Below, one piece after another: positions 11,227 through 20,564 of a stretch of 64,000 nucleotides of DNA. The position numbers and the translations under genes were made by a program. Location of the stretch: NCBI GenBank assembly GCA_963734495.1, contig CAVTHK010000010.1:256001-320000 (forward strand), given 5' to 3'. The DNA is from an uncultured Spirochaetota bacterium. GTDB lineage: Bacteria; Spirochaetota; Spirochaetia; SZUA-6; CAVTHK01. The notes beneath the pieces are model-generated. The model saw only the letters and a program-made list of their open reading frames with translations, made no database searches and was not told the origin of the DNA. Numbering within the stretch: position 1 is the first letter of the stretch; the number at the start of each line of letters is the position of its first letter.

Positions 11227-12001
11227 ATGCTTGAGATAGAGGCAGCGAGGACGGGAAAGGTCCTCATCGTCGGGCACCGAGGCGCCCTCGGCCACGCGCC
11301 CGAGAACACCATGGCGTCGTTCCAGATGGGCCTGGAGCTCGGGTGCGACCTGGTCGAGACCGACATCCATCTGAGCCGGGATGGGGCGCTCGTACTGATG
11401 CACGACCCGGAGGTCTCCCGAACGACGAACGGCACGGGGCGCATCAAGAAGCATGACCCTGGAGGAGATCCGGCGCCTGGACGCGGGCAGCTGGTTCCAC
11501 GAACGGTTCCGCGGCGAGCGCGTGCCCGTGCTGGGCGACCTGCTCGAGTGGGCGAAGAAGCGGATCCCGGTGGTCATCGAGGTCAAGGGAGACCCGCTGC
11601 CCGCAAAGGGCATCGAGGCCGCCCTGCTCACGGAGCTGCGCAGGCACGACCTCGTGAGAGAAGTGATGGTGATCGGTTTCCACCACGACAGCCTGAAGCG
11701 CATCAAGGACATGGAGCCCGCGGTCACGGTCGGGCTCACCTACTCGTGCCGGCTCGTCGACACGGTCGGCGCGGCGCGCGCGACCGGGGCCGATTCCGTG
11801 CGCCCGCACTGGAGCTACTGGAGCCCGGCGCTCGTCGAAGAGGTCCACAAGGCGGGCCTCACGGCCCACGCCTGGGTCGCCAACGACGAGGAGCGCACGG
11901 CGTACCTGGCCGAAATGGGGATCGACTCCCTCGGCGTCGATTTCCCCGACCGGGTGCGGCCCTTCCTCGACCGCACGGGCAGGAGTTGGAAGAAGAAGTA
12001 G
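11227..12001 (+). CDS. Glycerophosphodiester phosphodiesterase, frameshifted near 11450
   Basis: GHRGA..PENT, ETDIH and MHD in one frame; MTLEEIRRLDAGSWF...IEVK in the next. Removing one base restores a continuous protein. Confidence 0.9.
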
Positions 12002-12008
12002 AAACAAA

Positions 12009-12046
12009 GCGAAGCCCGCCGCGCTGCCTACCGGCGGGGGCTTCGC
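12009..12046. terminator. Hairpin between convergent GDPD genes
   Basis: GCGAAGCCC...GGGCTTCGC outer stem with an inner GCCG/CGGC; A-rich left flank. Confidence 0.55.
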
Positions 12047-12067
12047 CCGCTTTCGTTGCGGTCCGCG

Positions 12068-13168
12068 CTATGCGCGCCCCGGGCGGGCCGCCTTCCATCC
12101 GTTGACGGCGTCGAGGAAACGCCTGGGCTCGTCGGTCGCGAACCAGCGCACGCCCAGGTCCAGGAGCGCTTCGATGTCCCGGCGCTCGAACTTCCACGGC
12201 AGGACCTCGAGGTCCATGCCGCGTCTGGAGCACGCCTCCAGCGCCCCGGTGATGAAAGCCGGCTTGATCTGGTACCGCCACCCCGTCGGCTGCTGCTCGT
12301 CGTTGAGGTGAAGCTGGATCTGGTCGAGGTGGTAGAAGTCGGCGGCCGCCATGCTGCGGAACCTGGCCTGGATCTCGAGCTCCGTCCCGCCGCACCACAG
12401 GATCGTCATCGTGCCTGGAAGCCGCGCCTTGAGGCCCTCGCACTCCTCGATGTTGCGCGACGCCACGTAGATGCGGCCCTCGAGCCGGAAGCGGTGAATC
12501 ATCTCGGCGAGCGCCCCGAGGTCGATCCGCTTGAGGTCGAGGTACATCCGGCGCCCGGGTTTCTCGGCCATGCGCGCAAGCACTTCCTCGAGCAGGGGCA
12601 CGCGCTGGCCGGCATAGATGGGCGAGAATTTCACCCCGGCGTCCACGTTCGCGAACTGCTCGTAGAGCAGGTCGGTGACGGGGACGTCAGCGATGTCCGC
12701 GGGCGCGTCGGTGGTGCGGGCCAGCGTCGCGTCGTGCAGGCAGACGATGCGCCCGTCCCGCGTCTGCCGGACGTCGGCTTCGGCGATGCCTCCGAGGTCC
12801 CACCCGTAGACGAAGGACACTATGGTATTGTCGGGCCGCTCGAAGCCGCCGCCGCCGCGGTGGGCCTGCCACTGGATGACGACTTCGTCGGCGGGCGGCC
12901 TTGTGACCGGCGCCTTGAGCGCGGGCGGCCTGGTTTCGGGGCGCCCGGCTGCCGGCGCTTTCCGCTTCGGCGGCTTCCTGCCCGGCGCCGCCTTCGCGCG
13001 CGCCGCCATCTTCGCCGCCGCCTTTTGCCGGGGCGCGGGCCCGCGCCGCGTCGCTTCCTTGGGCCGTGCTTTGGCCCGCGGCGTCTTCCGCGCGGGCGTC
13101 CTGGAGCGTTTCGCCTTCTTCGTGCCGGCCTTGACGCGCGCCGCCTTCGTGGGTGTCGGCTTCCTCAT
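12068..13168 (-). CDS. Glycerophosphodiester phosphodiesterase with a Lys/Arg/Ala/Pro-rich N-terminal extension
   Basis: AHRGGG..PDNT, EADVRQTRDG, LHD, DLK and ATDEP motifs; GAGAGG RBS before the ATG. Confidence 0.85.
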   Translation of the reverse strand: MRKPTPTKAARVKAGTKKAKRSRTPARKTPRAKARPKEATRRGPAPRQKAAAKMAARAKAAPGRKPPKRKAPAAGRPETRPPALKAPVTRPPADEVVIQWQAHRGGGGFERPDNTIVSFVYGWDLGGIAEADVRQTRDGRIVCLHDATLARTTDAPADIADVPVTDLLYEQFANVDAGVKFSPIYAGQRVPLLEEVLARMAEKPGRRMYLDLKRIDLGALAEMIHRFRLEGRIYVASRNIEECEGLKARLPGTMTILWCGGTELEIQARFRSMAAADFYHLDQIQLHLNDEQQPTGWRYQIKPAFITGALEACSRRGMDLEVLPWKFERRDIEALLDLGVRWFATDEPRRFLDAVNGWKAARPGRA

Positions 13169-13363
13169 CGTTTACCTCTCGGGCCAGGTCGTCTTCCTTC
13201 AATCTACCCCTTGATGCCCGACCGCACCACGCCCGACATCAGCTGCCGCGGGCTGACTCTGCCTCTCCGGTGGGCAAGCCCTTCTTCGCGGATTCTCATT
13301 ATATTGCAGGCGCACGGCGGCCGCGCCGGGTGCTCGGCCGCCGCAAGCCCGGAGGTGGAAGCC

Positions 13364-13624
13364 GTGTGTCGAAGCATCAAGCCGCTCAGACCCCCGTTCG
13401 CGGCCGCCACGCCGCAGGACGCCCGCGCCGCGGCCCTTCAGTTCGTCCGCAAGATCAGCGGCTACAGCAAGCCCTCGCGAGCCAACGAGGAGGCCTTCGC
13501 CCAGGCCGTCGACGAGATCGCGGAAAGCTCGATGCGGCTCCTCGAGCGGCTCGTGGTTCGGACCGCGTCCCCCGACGGCGCCCCTTCCGGCGAGAACGCC
13601 GTCAGGCCGGCGTATCGCGAGTGA
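13364..13624 (+). CDS. DUF2277-family small protein
   Basis: GTG start with GGAGG RBS; CRSIKPL...RAAALQFVRKISGYSKPSRANEEAF matches the family as I recall it. Confidence 0.8.
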   Translation: MCRSIKPLRPPFAAATPQDARAAALQFVRKISGYSKPSRANEEAFAQAVDEIAESSMRLLERLVVRTASPDGAPSGENAVRPAYRE

Positions 13625-14378
13625 AGACCCACTCGCGCTCCGAGGACAGCTTCGGCGCGTAGCGATAACCGCCGAAGTCGAAGCCCTTGAGCTGCTCGGG
13701 ATCGGTCGCGCGGTTCTCGATCGCGTAACGGCACATCATTCCGCGCGCCCGCTTGGCGTACACGAAGAAGACGCTGTACTTGCCGTTCTTCAGGTCCTTG
13801 AAGACCGGCTGGATGACCTCGCCGTCGATCCTGTCGGCGCCCACGGCCTTGAAGTATTCCTCCGACGCCAGGTTGACCAGGACGCGCGACCGAGCGGCTC
13901 GCATCGCCTCGTTCAGCGCCTTCGCGATGCGGTCTCCCCAGTAGCCGTACAGATCGGTGCTTCCGTTCACGGCGAGCCGGGTCCCCATCTCCAGCCTGTA
14001 CGGCCGGATGAGGTCGAGGGGACGGAGCAGCCCGTGAAGACCCGACAGGATCCTCAGGTGCTTCTGAGCATAGTCGAGCTCCTCGACGCTGAGCGAAGCC
14101 GCATCGAGGCCCCGGTACACGTCGCCGGCGAAGGCGAAGATGCTGGGCCGCGCGTTTTCGGCCGAGAACGGCAGCGTCCAGTCGGCGTAGCGGCGCGCGT
14201 TCAGCCGGGCGAGGGAATCGCTCAGGCCCATCAGCTTGCGGATCTCCGCCGCCGACATCTGCTTCAGGCGCTCGATCAGGAGCGCGGACGCATCGAGCAT
14301 CGCGGGCTGCGTGGCCTTGACCTGCAGGCGACGGCTCTCGAAATCCAGGTTCTTGGCGGGCGAAATGCAGAGAATCAT
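13602..14378 (-). CDS. yaaA: Peroxide stress protein YaaA (DUF328)
   Basis: ISPAKNLD, GDVYRGL, LRPLDLIRPYRLEMGT, NLASEEY and AKRARGMM. Confidence 0.95.
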   Translation of the reverse strand: MILCISPAKNLDFESRRLQVKATQPAMLDASALLIERLKQMSAAEIRKLMGLSDSLARLNARRYADWTLPFSAENARPSIFAFAGDVYRGLDAASLSVEELDYAQKHLRILSGLHGLLRPLDLIRPYRLEMGTRLAVNGSTDLYGYWGDRIAKALNEAMRAARSRVLVNLASEEYFKAVGADRIDGEVIQPVFKDLKNGKYSVFFVYAKRARGMMCRYAIENRATDPEQLKGFDFGGYRYAPKLSSEREWVFTRDTPA

Positions 14379-14462
14379 GCCTTGCCTCCTCCAGAGGGCG
14401 CCGCGCCGCCCGGCGCCACGCGCTGGAAGATAACGCTTCCGCGCCGCCCGCGTGGCCCTATC

Positions 14463-15783
14463 TCATGCCTCGACCCGTGTCCGGCGGCCGGCGTACCAGT
14501 CCGCGCGCGTCAGCGGCAGGCCGTTCCCGCCCCCCTCGCCCGCGAGGGAGAGCAGCGACTGGTACACGATTCAGCCGCCCGACGGAGAACCCGTGCGCCG
14601 AGCCCGACATGAACAAGCCGCCACACCCGGTACGTCGGCTCGTCGACGTACCGAAGCGCCTCGTCGTGGCGGGCCTCCAGGCGCCGGACCCACTCCCGGA
14701 GCGTCAGCGCGTAGTGCTCGCGCAGGCTCTCGACGTCGCGCACCTCGAATCCCGCCTCCTCCGCAGCCCGGAGCGTCGCGTTGATCGGGCACGAGCTCGC
14801 CGTCGGGAAAGACGTATGTGCCGTTCAGCGTCGGCCCCTTCGCGGGTCGGTCCAGGGCGCTGGCGGCGATGCCGTGGTTGAGGAACACGCCGCCCCGCTT
14901 GAGGAGCTTCCTCGCCTTCTCGAAGTAGAGCGGGAGCATGCGCGCGCCCACGTGCTCGAACATGCCCACGCTGACGAGCGCGTCGTACGGCCGATCCTCG
15001 CTCACCTCGCGGTAGTCCTGCACCTCTACACGGCAGACGTCGCCCAGGCCCGCTTCGGCGATGCGCGTGTTCGCGAGCTCGGCCTGCGGAGGGCTGAGCG
15101 TGATGCCCGTGGCATCGACGCCGTACGCCGCGGCCGCGTGCATCACCAGGCCGCCCCACCCGCAGCCGACGTCGAGCAGCCGCTGGCCCGCGCTGGAGGC
15201 GCAGCTTGCGGCAGATCAGGTCGAGCTTGGCGAGCTGGGCGGAGTCGAGATCCATCCCGGCTCGCTCGAAGTAGGCGCACGAGTAGACCATCCGATCGTC
15301 GAGGAAGAGGCGGTAGAAGTCGCCAGGCACGTCGTAGTGGTAGCGGACGGCCTCGCGGTCGCGCTCCTTCGAGTGGAGCCGCCCCCGCAGGCGGGCCGGA
15401 CCGCGCGCGGGCGCCCGCCGCCGGCGGCCGGGCGGCAGGCGGCGCAGCATCGAGAGCGCCGCGAGCTTCGTGCGCCAGCCGGAAGTCCGCCGCGCCAGCT
15501 CATCGGCGAGCTCGAACACGCTCTCGATGCTGCCCTCGATGTCGAAGTCGTCGTACAGGTACGCTTCGGCAAGGGCGAGCTCGCTCCCGCCCGAGAACAT
15601 GGCGCGCAGCGAGCCCGGGTGCTTGAGCACCAGGGTGGCCGCGCGCGGCCGCTCGTCCGGCCAGACCGTCCCGTCCCAAAGCCGGACAGCGGGCGCGATT
15701 TCCGATTCCCTCCCGAAGAGCTCTTCGAGGAGCCGAAGAGACAGGCGGGCCTCCGCCTGGTCGACCGTCGCGGTAGCGCTCAT
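14463..15783 (-). CDS. cfa: Cyclopropane-fatty-acyl-phospholipid synthase, several frameshifts
   Basis: Pieces across frames: YHYDVPGDFY, MVYSCAYF, LLDVGCGWG, SVGMFEHVG, YVFPDGEL, DVESLREHYALTL, ending LPLTRADWY. Confidence 0.88.
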
Positions 15784-15860
15784 TGCACGCTCCCTTCCCC
15801 GACGCCAGGGGTGCACCTTCAATAGTAATGCAGTAAAGGGATGCGCGGCGCGGGCGCCGT

Positions 15861-16760
15861 CTATCCGGCCAGGACTGCGTAGAGGTCGGCGAAAATCGCG
15901 TCGCGCCTCACATCGATCGCCTCTCGGATCCAGTGCCGCGAGCCGTCGTGGCTCCAGGTGAAGGCGGGCGTGAGCAGCGGGCTGTGCACGATGTGCGAAG
16001 GCACCCATTCCGGGTTGCGCAGCCACGCGACGGTCGAGATGTCCCAGATCACCTTGGACTGCGCGCGGTGCAGGGCCATGTGCTCCCGCGTGATGCCGAC
16101 GAGGTAGTCGCAGAGGGCGTTGCGGCCGCCGAGGTGATGCTCGATCTCCGGCACCGTCACGCGCAGGTGCTCGGCGACGTTCTTGCAGGGGATGTGCACC
16201 AGCGGCACGCCGCAATCGAAGACGGTCTGCGAAGCGAACAGGTCCTGCTTGAGGTTGAACTCGAAGGCCGTGTGCCAGCTGCTCGGCTGCCCGCCGAGCC
16301 ACACGACGACGACCTTGTCCCTGATCCGCGGCTCCATCAGGAGAGCGGAGGCGACGTTCGTGATGGCCCCGATCGCGAGCACGTACAGCGGCTCGCGGCC
16401 TGCCGACGCGCGCTCGACGAGGTCGCGTGCGGCCTCGCTCTCCACGGGCCTGCCCGCAGCCTCCAGGAAGCGGCGCGAGCCTTTCAGCACGCGGCCCGGC
16501 ACGCTCTTCCCCCGCCCCTCCAGCTTCGCGAGCACGCGCTGGATCTCGGCGTAGCTCTTCTCCATCCCGTCCTCTGGCCCGCTCGAGCGGTCGTTGTGGA
16601 AGGGCGCGGCGTAGACCGCCTCCAGGTCGAAGCTTCCGCCCAGCACCGCGTAGGCGAGGGCGTACTGGTCGTCGATCTCGTTGTACGTGTCGGTGTCGAG
16701 CACCGCACGAACGCGGCCGGCGGGGGGAGCGAGGCGTTCGATCAACCGACTTTCAGACAT
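15861..16760 (-). CDS. Inosine/uridine-preferring nucleoside hydrolase family protein
   Basis: LDTDTYNEIDDQYA, IGAITNVASAL, EFNLKQD and IWD; start overlaps the FGE stop. Confidence 0.88.
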   Translation of the reverse strand: MSESRLIERLAPPAGRVRAVLDTDTYNEIDDQYALAYAVLGGSFDLEAVYAAPFHNDRSSGPEDGMEKSYAEIQRVLAKLEGRGKSVPGRVLKGSRRFLEAAGRPVESEAARDLVERASAGREPLYVLAIGAITNVASALLMEPRIRDKVVVVWLGGQPSSWHTAFEFNLKQDLFASQTVFDCGVPLVHIPCKNVAEHLRVTVPEIEHHLGGRNALCDYLVGITREHMALHRAQSKVIWDISTVAWLRNPEWVPSHIVHSPLLTPAFTWSHDGSRHWIREAIDVRRDAIFADLYAVLAG

Positions 16761-17739
16761 CGCTGACACACCTGAAGCCGAGGTTTGAGGACGCGCTTTC
16801 GGGCGTGTTCGACGTCCGAGCCGCGACCCGGTAGCGGTTGCAGTATGAGCGATGGCAGAGAAATGATCCACCCCTCATCACGCGCGCGTCGCCCGTCGCC
16901 GGCCCGCGCGGGTTCGTGCGCTCCGCGCTCCGCGGATACGCGGCGCTGAACCAGTCGGCGCACCACTCCCACACGTTGCCCGCCATCCCGTAGAGCCCGT
17001 AGCCGTTGGGCGGGAACGCGCGCACGGGGCAGGTCCCGCTGTAGCCGTCCTCCTCGGTGTTCTCGTCGGGGAACCGGCCCTGCCAGATGTTGCACATGTG
17101 ACGGCCGCCCGGCTGCAGCTCGTCGCCCCAGCAGTAGCGCTTCTGCACCAGGCCCCCGCGCGCCGCGTACTCCCACTCGGCCTCGGTCGGAAGGCGCTTG
17201 CCCGCCCACGCGCAGTAGGCGATCGCGTCGTTCCACGTCACGTGGGTGACCGGGTGATCGAGCCGACCCCTGAGGTCGGTGCCCGGGCCCTCGGGCCGTT
17301 TCCAGCAGGCGCGGTTGACGGCGCGCCACCACGCGAGGCCAGGCACTTCGCGGACGAGGCCCCTCTTGTCCGCGACCTTCGGCACGTGCAGGTGGAACAC
17401 GAACGAGAAGCCGAACTGCTCGCTTTCAGTGACGTAGCCGGTCGCGTCGACGAACGCGGCGAACTGCCGGTTGGTCACCTGGGCGGCGTCGACCCAGAAC
17501 GGCGCGAGCTCGACCTCACGCACAGGTCCCTCGCCGTCGGCCGGGAAGCCTTCCTTGTCGTCTGTCCCCATCAGGAAGGTCCCGCCGGCGAGGCGCTTCA
17601 TCCCCGCAGTCGACCCGCCGCGCGCTTCGCGCGGAGCCTGGATGGCGCGAGCGTCCGCCAGGGCGCGGCTCGGCGCGCAGTGGCCCTCGTTGGCGCCGAT
17701 GGCGGCAGGACCGCCCGGCGTGCAGCAGGAGTGATCCAT
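16753..17739 (-). CDS. Formylglycine-generating enzyme (SUMF1/FGE)
   Basis: RLPTEAEWEYAARGG, GNVWEW, catalytic RGGSFLCHRSYCNRYR, and GFRC. Confidence 0.93.
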   Translation of the reverse strand: MDHSCCTPGGPAAIGANEGHCAPSRALADARAIQAPREARGGSTAGMKRLAGGTFLMGTDDKEGFPADGEGPVREVELAPFWVDAAQVTNRQFAAFVDATGYVTESEQFGFSFVFHLHVPKVADKRGLVREVPGLAWWRAVNRACWKRPEGPGTDLRGRLDHPVTHVTWNDAIAYCAWAGKRLPTEAEWEYAARGGLVQKRYCWGDELQPGGRHMCNIWQGRFPDENTEEDGYSGTCPVRAFPPNGYGLYGMAGNVWEWCADWFSAAYPRSAERTNPRGPATGDARVMRGGSFLCHRSYCNRYRVAARTSNTPESASSNLGFRCVSDV

Positions 17740-17777
17740 AGTCTACAAAAGAGGTTAAGTATGAAGGAAGGCAGCGG

Positions 17778-18824
17778 TCAACCTGGCTCATGGGGCCTGG
17801 AAGGCCTTGGGGTCAGGCTAGTGCCTGGCTCATGGGGCCTGGAAGGCCTTGGGGTCAGGCTAGTGCCTGGCTCATGGGGCCTGGAAGGCCTTGGGGGCGG
17901 GCAAGTGCCGCGGCGGTGCAGTGGCTCGATCCGCAACTCGCCGCGGCTCACGCTCACCGCGCGCGCCGTGAGGCCCGCGGCGCCCCGGTGGCCGCCCCCG
18001 CCGAGCCTGGCCGCGATCCGCGAGACGTCCACGTCGGGGCTCTCGGCGAACAGCGCGACCCGCCAGGCGCCGTCGCGCCGGCGCGCATACACGAGCATCA
18101 GGTCGTGCCGCGCGGGATCCCAGACGGCGTCGAGGGCGGCGCTGCCGAAGACCGTGGAGTTGATGCAGACCGCGCGCAGCCCCTCGAAGCGAGCCTCAAA
18201 GGAGTGGTCGCGGGCGTCGCGGGCGTTGCGCGCCTCGGTCCAGGCAAGGACCCAGCGGCCGACGCGGATCGTGCGGCGCACGAACCGTTCCGCCGCCGCG
18301 GCGTCGTCGCCGAACAGGCGCCTCCAGAACGGCCAGTTCTCGAGGGGATCCGTGGGCTGAGCCTGCATCCCCATCTGAAAGGGGAGCACCCGCGACTTCC
18401 ACGCATCGCGGTCGCCGTCGTCCCAGATGTCGTAACGGTTGAGCAGATCGAGCCATTCGGGCACGGCTTCGCCGGGGGCGAACCGCTCCCATGCGAGCAG
18501 GCACGCCGCGCGGCTCGAGTCCGCGGACAAGCTCACTTCCAGGCCGTCGAGGGCGCCGGACTCGGCCACGGACCGGTGATGGTCGATCAGGACGACGCGG
18601 CAGCGCCGCTCGCGGGCGAGGCGCGCGACGTTCTCCAGCGGCTGCCACACCACGTCGAGGAACCACACCGTGTCCGCCGGCTCGACCTCGGCCGCCGGGA
18701 AGGCGTCGCCGTAGTCGTACGGGTACAGCCTCCACGCCTCGCCCGCGGCGTCGAGGCCGCGCCGCGCGATCGCGCCGGCCGCGTGACCGTCCAGGTCCAT
18801 CCGGTGGTAGAAGACGCGGTTCAT
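17778..18824 (-). CDS. DHH/DHHA1 phosphoesterase
   Basis: YHRMDLDG, FLD, IDHH, RYDIW and GGGGHRGAAG; C-terminal tail encoded by the 42-bp repeats. Confidence 0.88.
   Translation of the reverse strand: MNRVFYHRMDLDGHAAGAIARRGLDAAGEAWRLYPYDYGDAFPAAEVEPADTVWFLDVVWQPLENVARLARERRCRVVLIDHHRSVAESGALDGLEVSLSADSSRAACLLAWERFAPGEAVPEWLDLLNRYDIWDDGDRDAWKSRVLPFQMGMQAQPTDPLENWPFWRRLFGDDAAAAERFVRRTIRVGRWVLAWTEARNARDARDHSFEARFEGLRAVCINSTVFGSAALDAVWDPARHDLMLVYARRRDGAWRVALFAESPDVDVSRIAARLGGGGHRGAAGLTARAVSVSRGELRIEPLHRRGTCPPPRPSRPHEPGTSLTPRPSRPHEPGTSLTPRPSRPHEPG
17782..17907. repeat. 42-bp tandem repeat, 3 copies
   Basis: CCTGGCTCATGGGGCCTGGAAGGCCTTGGGGTCAGGCTAGTG at 17782 and 17824 (identical) and at 17866 (3 mismatches). 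Confidence 0.95.
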
Positions 18825-18936
18825 GGCCCTCCCCGGCGCAAGGATATACGCGGCCATGACCGCGGTACAGCGTTTTTTGCGGACGTGCGGGACGGTCACG
18901 GCCGGCGTGGCCGCGCCCCCGCGCCCCGAGGTCGTT

Positions 18937-19323
18937 CTAGAGGGCCTCGATCACGCGCTGCAGCTTCTGCCGCACCTCGTCCGCGATCGGGGCAAGCCGC
19001 TCGTTGCCGGTAGATCTCATCGCCACCGTCGGATCGATCGTCGCGACCTCGACCTCCCCGGTAGGGAGCTGCTGGACGAGGACGTTGCAGGGCAGCATCA
19101 ACCCGATCCGGTCCTCGGCCTGCAGGGCCCTGTACGCGTTCGGCGGGTTGCAGGCGCCCAGGATACGGTAGGGCCTGACGTCGACGTCGAGCTTCTTCTT
19201 CAGGGTCGCGCTCATGTCGATATCGGTGAGGACGCCGAAGCCTTCGGCCTTGAGCGCCTCGGTGACTCTCACGATCGCCTGGTCGAACCCGAGCTTCACT
19301 TTCTTTGCCTGGTAGAATGCCAC
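18937..19323 (-). CDS. DUF302-domain protein
   Basis: EGFGVLTDID, YRILGACNP and GLMLPCNV; GTG start with GAGGAG RBS. Confidence 0.92.
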   Translation of the reverse strand: MAFYQAKKVKLGFDQAIVRVTEALKAEGFGVLTDIDMSATLKKKLDVDVRPYRILGACNPPNAYRALQAEDRIGLMLPCNVLVQQLPTGEVEVATIDPTVAMRSTGNERLAPIADEVRQKLQRVIEAL

Positions 19324-19430
19324 TTCGCTCTCCTCGGCTGAATATACATACGGACGGAGGCCCCCCGGGGGCGGGAGTTTTTTTTCTTGATTTCGGGCCG
19401 TCCCCTCTGTAGATATCCTCGAGGACTCTC

Positions 19431-20564
19431 TTGCAGCAGACGCCGGCAAGCCCACTCCTCGACCGCGGCAGCCCCCGCGCGCACGCGACGCGGCACGTCC
19501 TCGCCGTGTCCTGCGTCGCCGCCTGCGTCGCGCTCTTCGTGATCATCTGGTCGATCTACCAGGGGGCCTACGAGGGAGCGGTCGCGTACCTGAAGAGCGT
19601 GCCGGCCGACGTCTGGGTCCTGCAGCGCTCCGCCGACAACCTGCTCCGAGGCTTCTCGGTGCTCCCCCAGTCGTACGCGGCCATCCTGGGCGCGATGGAC
19701 GGCGTCGAATCCGTCGGCAGGGTGGTGACGGTGCCGGCGTCCGTGGCGGCCGGCCGGAGCCAGGGGACGGTGTTCCTGGTCGGCTACGACACGCGCGTCG
19801 GGACGGGCCGGCCGCCTCACCTCGCCGGCGGCCGCCTTCCGGAAGGCGACGACGAGATCGTCCTCGACCGGGCGATCGCGGCCCGGCTGGACCTGCGGAT
19901 CGGCGACCGGCTCGCGGTCGACGGCGCCGATCTCCGCGTCGTCGGCCTGTCGCGCGACACCAACGCGATCGCCATGCAGTACGCCTTTGTCACGATCGAC
20001 CGCGCGCAGTCGCTGCTGCCCCTGCGCGGCATCGTGACCGCGTACCTGCTGCGCCTGGCGCCGGGCGCCGATGCGTCGCGAACCGTGCGCGCCATCCGCG
20101 AGAGCCAGGGCCGGCTCGCGGCGTTCACGCGGGAGGAGTTCATCCGCAACAATCTCAGGCAGCTCGACCAGGGGTTCCTGCCCGTCATCATGGTCATCAC
20201 GGGGCTCTCGGCGGTCGTGCTGACCATCATGCTGAGCCTCATCCTTTCGATGAGCGTGCTCGAGCGCAGGAGGGACTTCGCCATCATGAAGATCCTCGGC
20301 GCGCCCGGTCTCCACCTGTGGCTCGTGATCGTGCGGGAGGCGCTGCTGATCGCCTCCGCGGGCCTCGTCGGGGGAGCGGCCTTTGCCGCGGCGCTGCTCC
20401 CGCTCCTCGACGCCCTGCTCCCGCAGCTCGCCGAGGCGTTCGGGCCATGGCAGGCGGCGCTGGTCGCGGGCGTGGTGGAGGCCATCGCGATCGCGAGCGC
20501 ATCGCTGGCGTCTCTCGCCGCGAGGAAGATCTACCCGCTGGAGGCCTTTGAGTGGAGGCAGTGA
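19431..20564 (+). CDS. MacB/FtsX-family ABC permease
   Basis: One N-terminal TM, large extracytoplasmic loop, SVLERRRDFAIMKILGA and three C-terminal TMs; start uncertain. Confidence 0.82.
   Translation: MQQTPASPLLDRGSPRAHATRHVLAVSCVAACVALFVIIWSIYQGAYEGAVAYLKSVPADVWVLQRSADNLLRGFSVLPQSYAAILGAMDGVESVGRVVTVPASVAAGRSQGTVFLVGYDTRVGTGRPPHLAGGRLPEGDDEIVLDRAIAARLDLRIGDRLAVDGADLRVVGLSRDTNAIAMQYAFVTIDRAQSLLPLRGIVTAYLLRLAPGADASRTVRAIRESQGRLAAFTREEFIRNNLRQLDQGFLPVIMVITGLSAVVLTIMLSLILSMSVLERRRDFAIMKILGAPGLHLWLVIVREALLIASAGLVGGAAFAAALLPLLDALLPQLAEAFGPWQAALVAGVVEAIAIASASLASLAARKIYPLEAFEWRQ

Noticed and set aside
11440..11460. Programmed frameshift in GDPD
   Set aside because: No canonical slippery heptamer; the many similar indels nearby point to sequencing error.
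13160..13216. SAM-I riboswitch-like words on the minus strand (ATCAAGGGG...CTGGCCCGA)
   Set aside because: The downstream GCAACC and GTGC core elements are absent and the match would run into the coding region.
17782..17907. CRISPR mini-array
   Set aside because: Head-to-tail identical units with no spacers.
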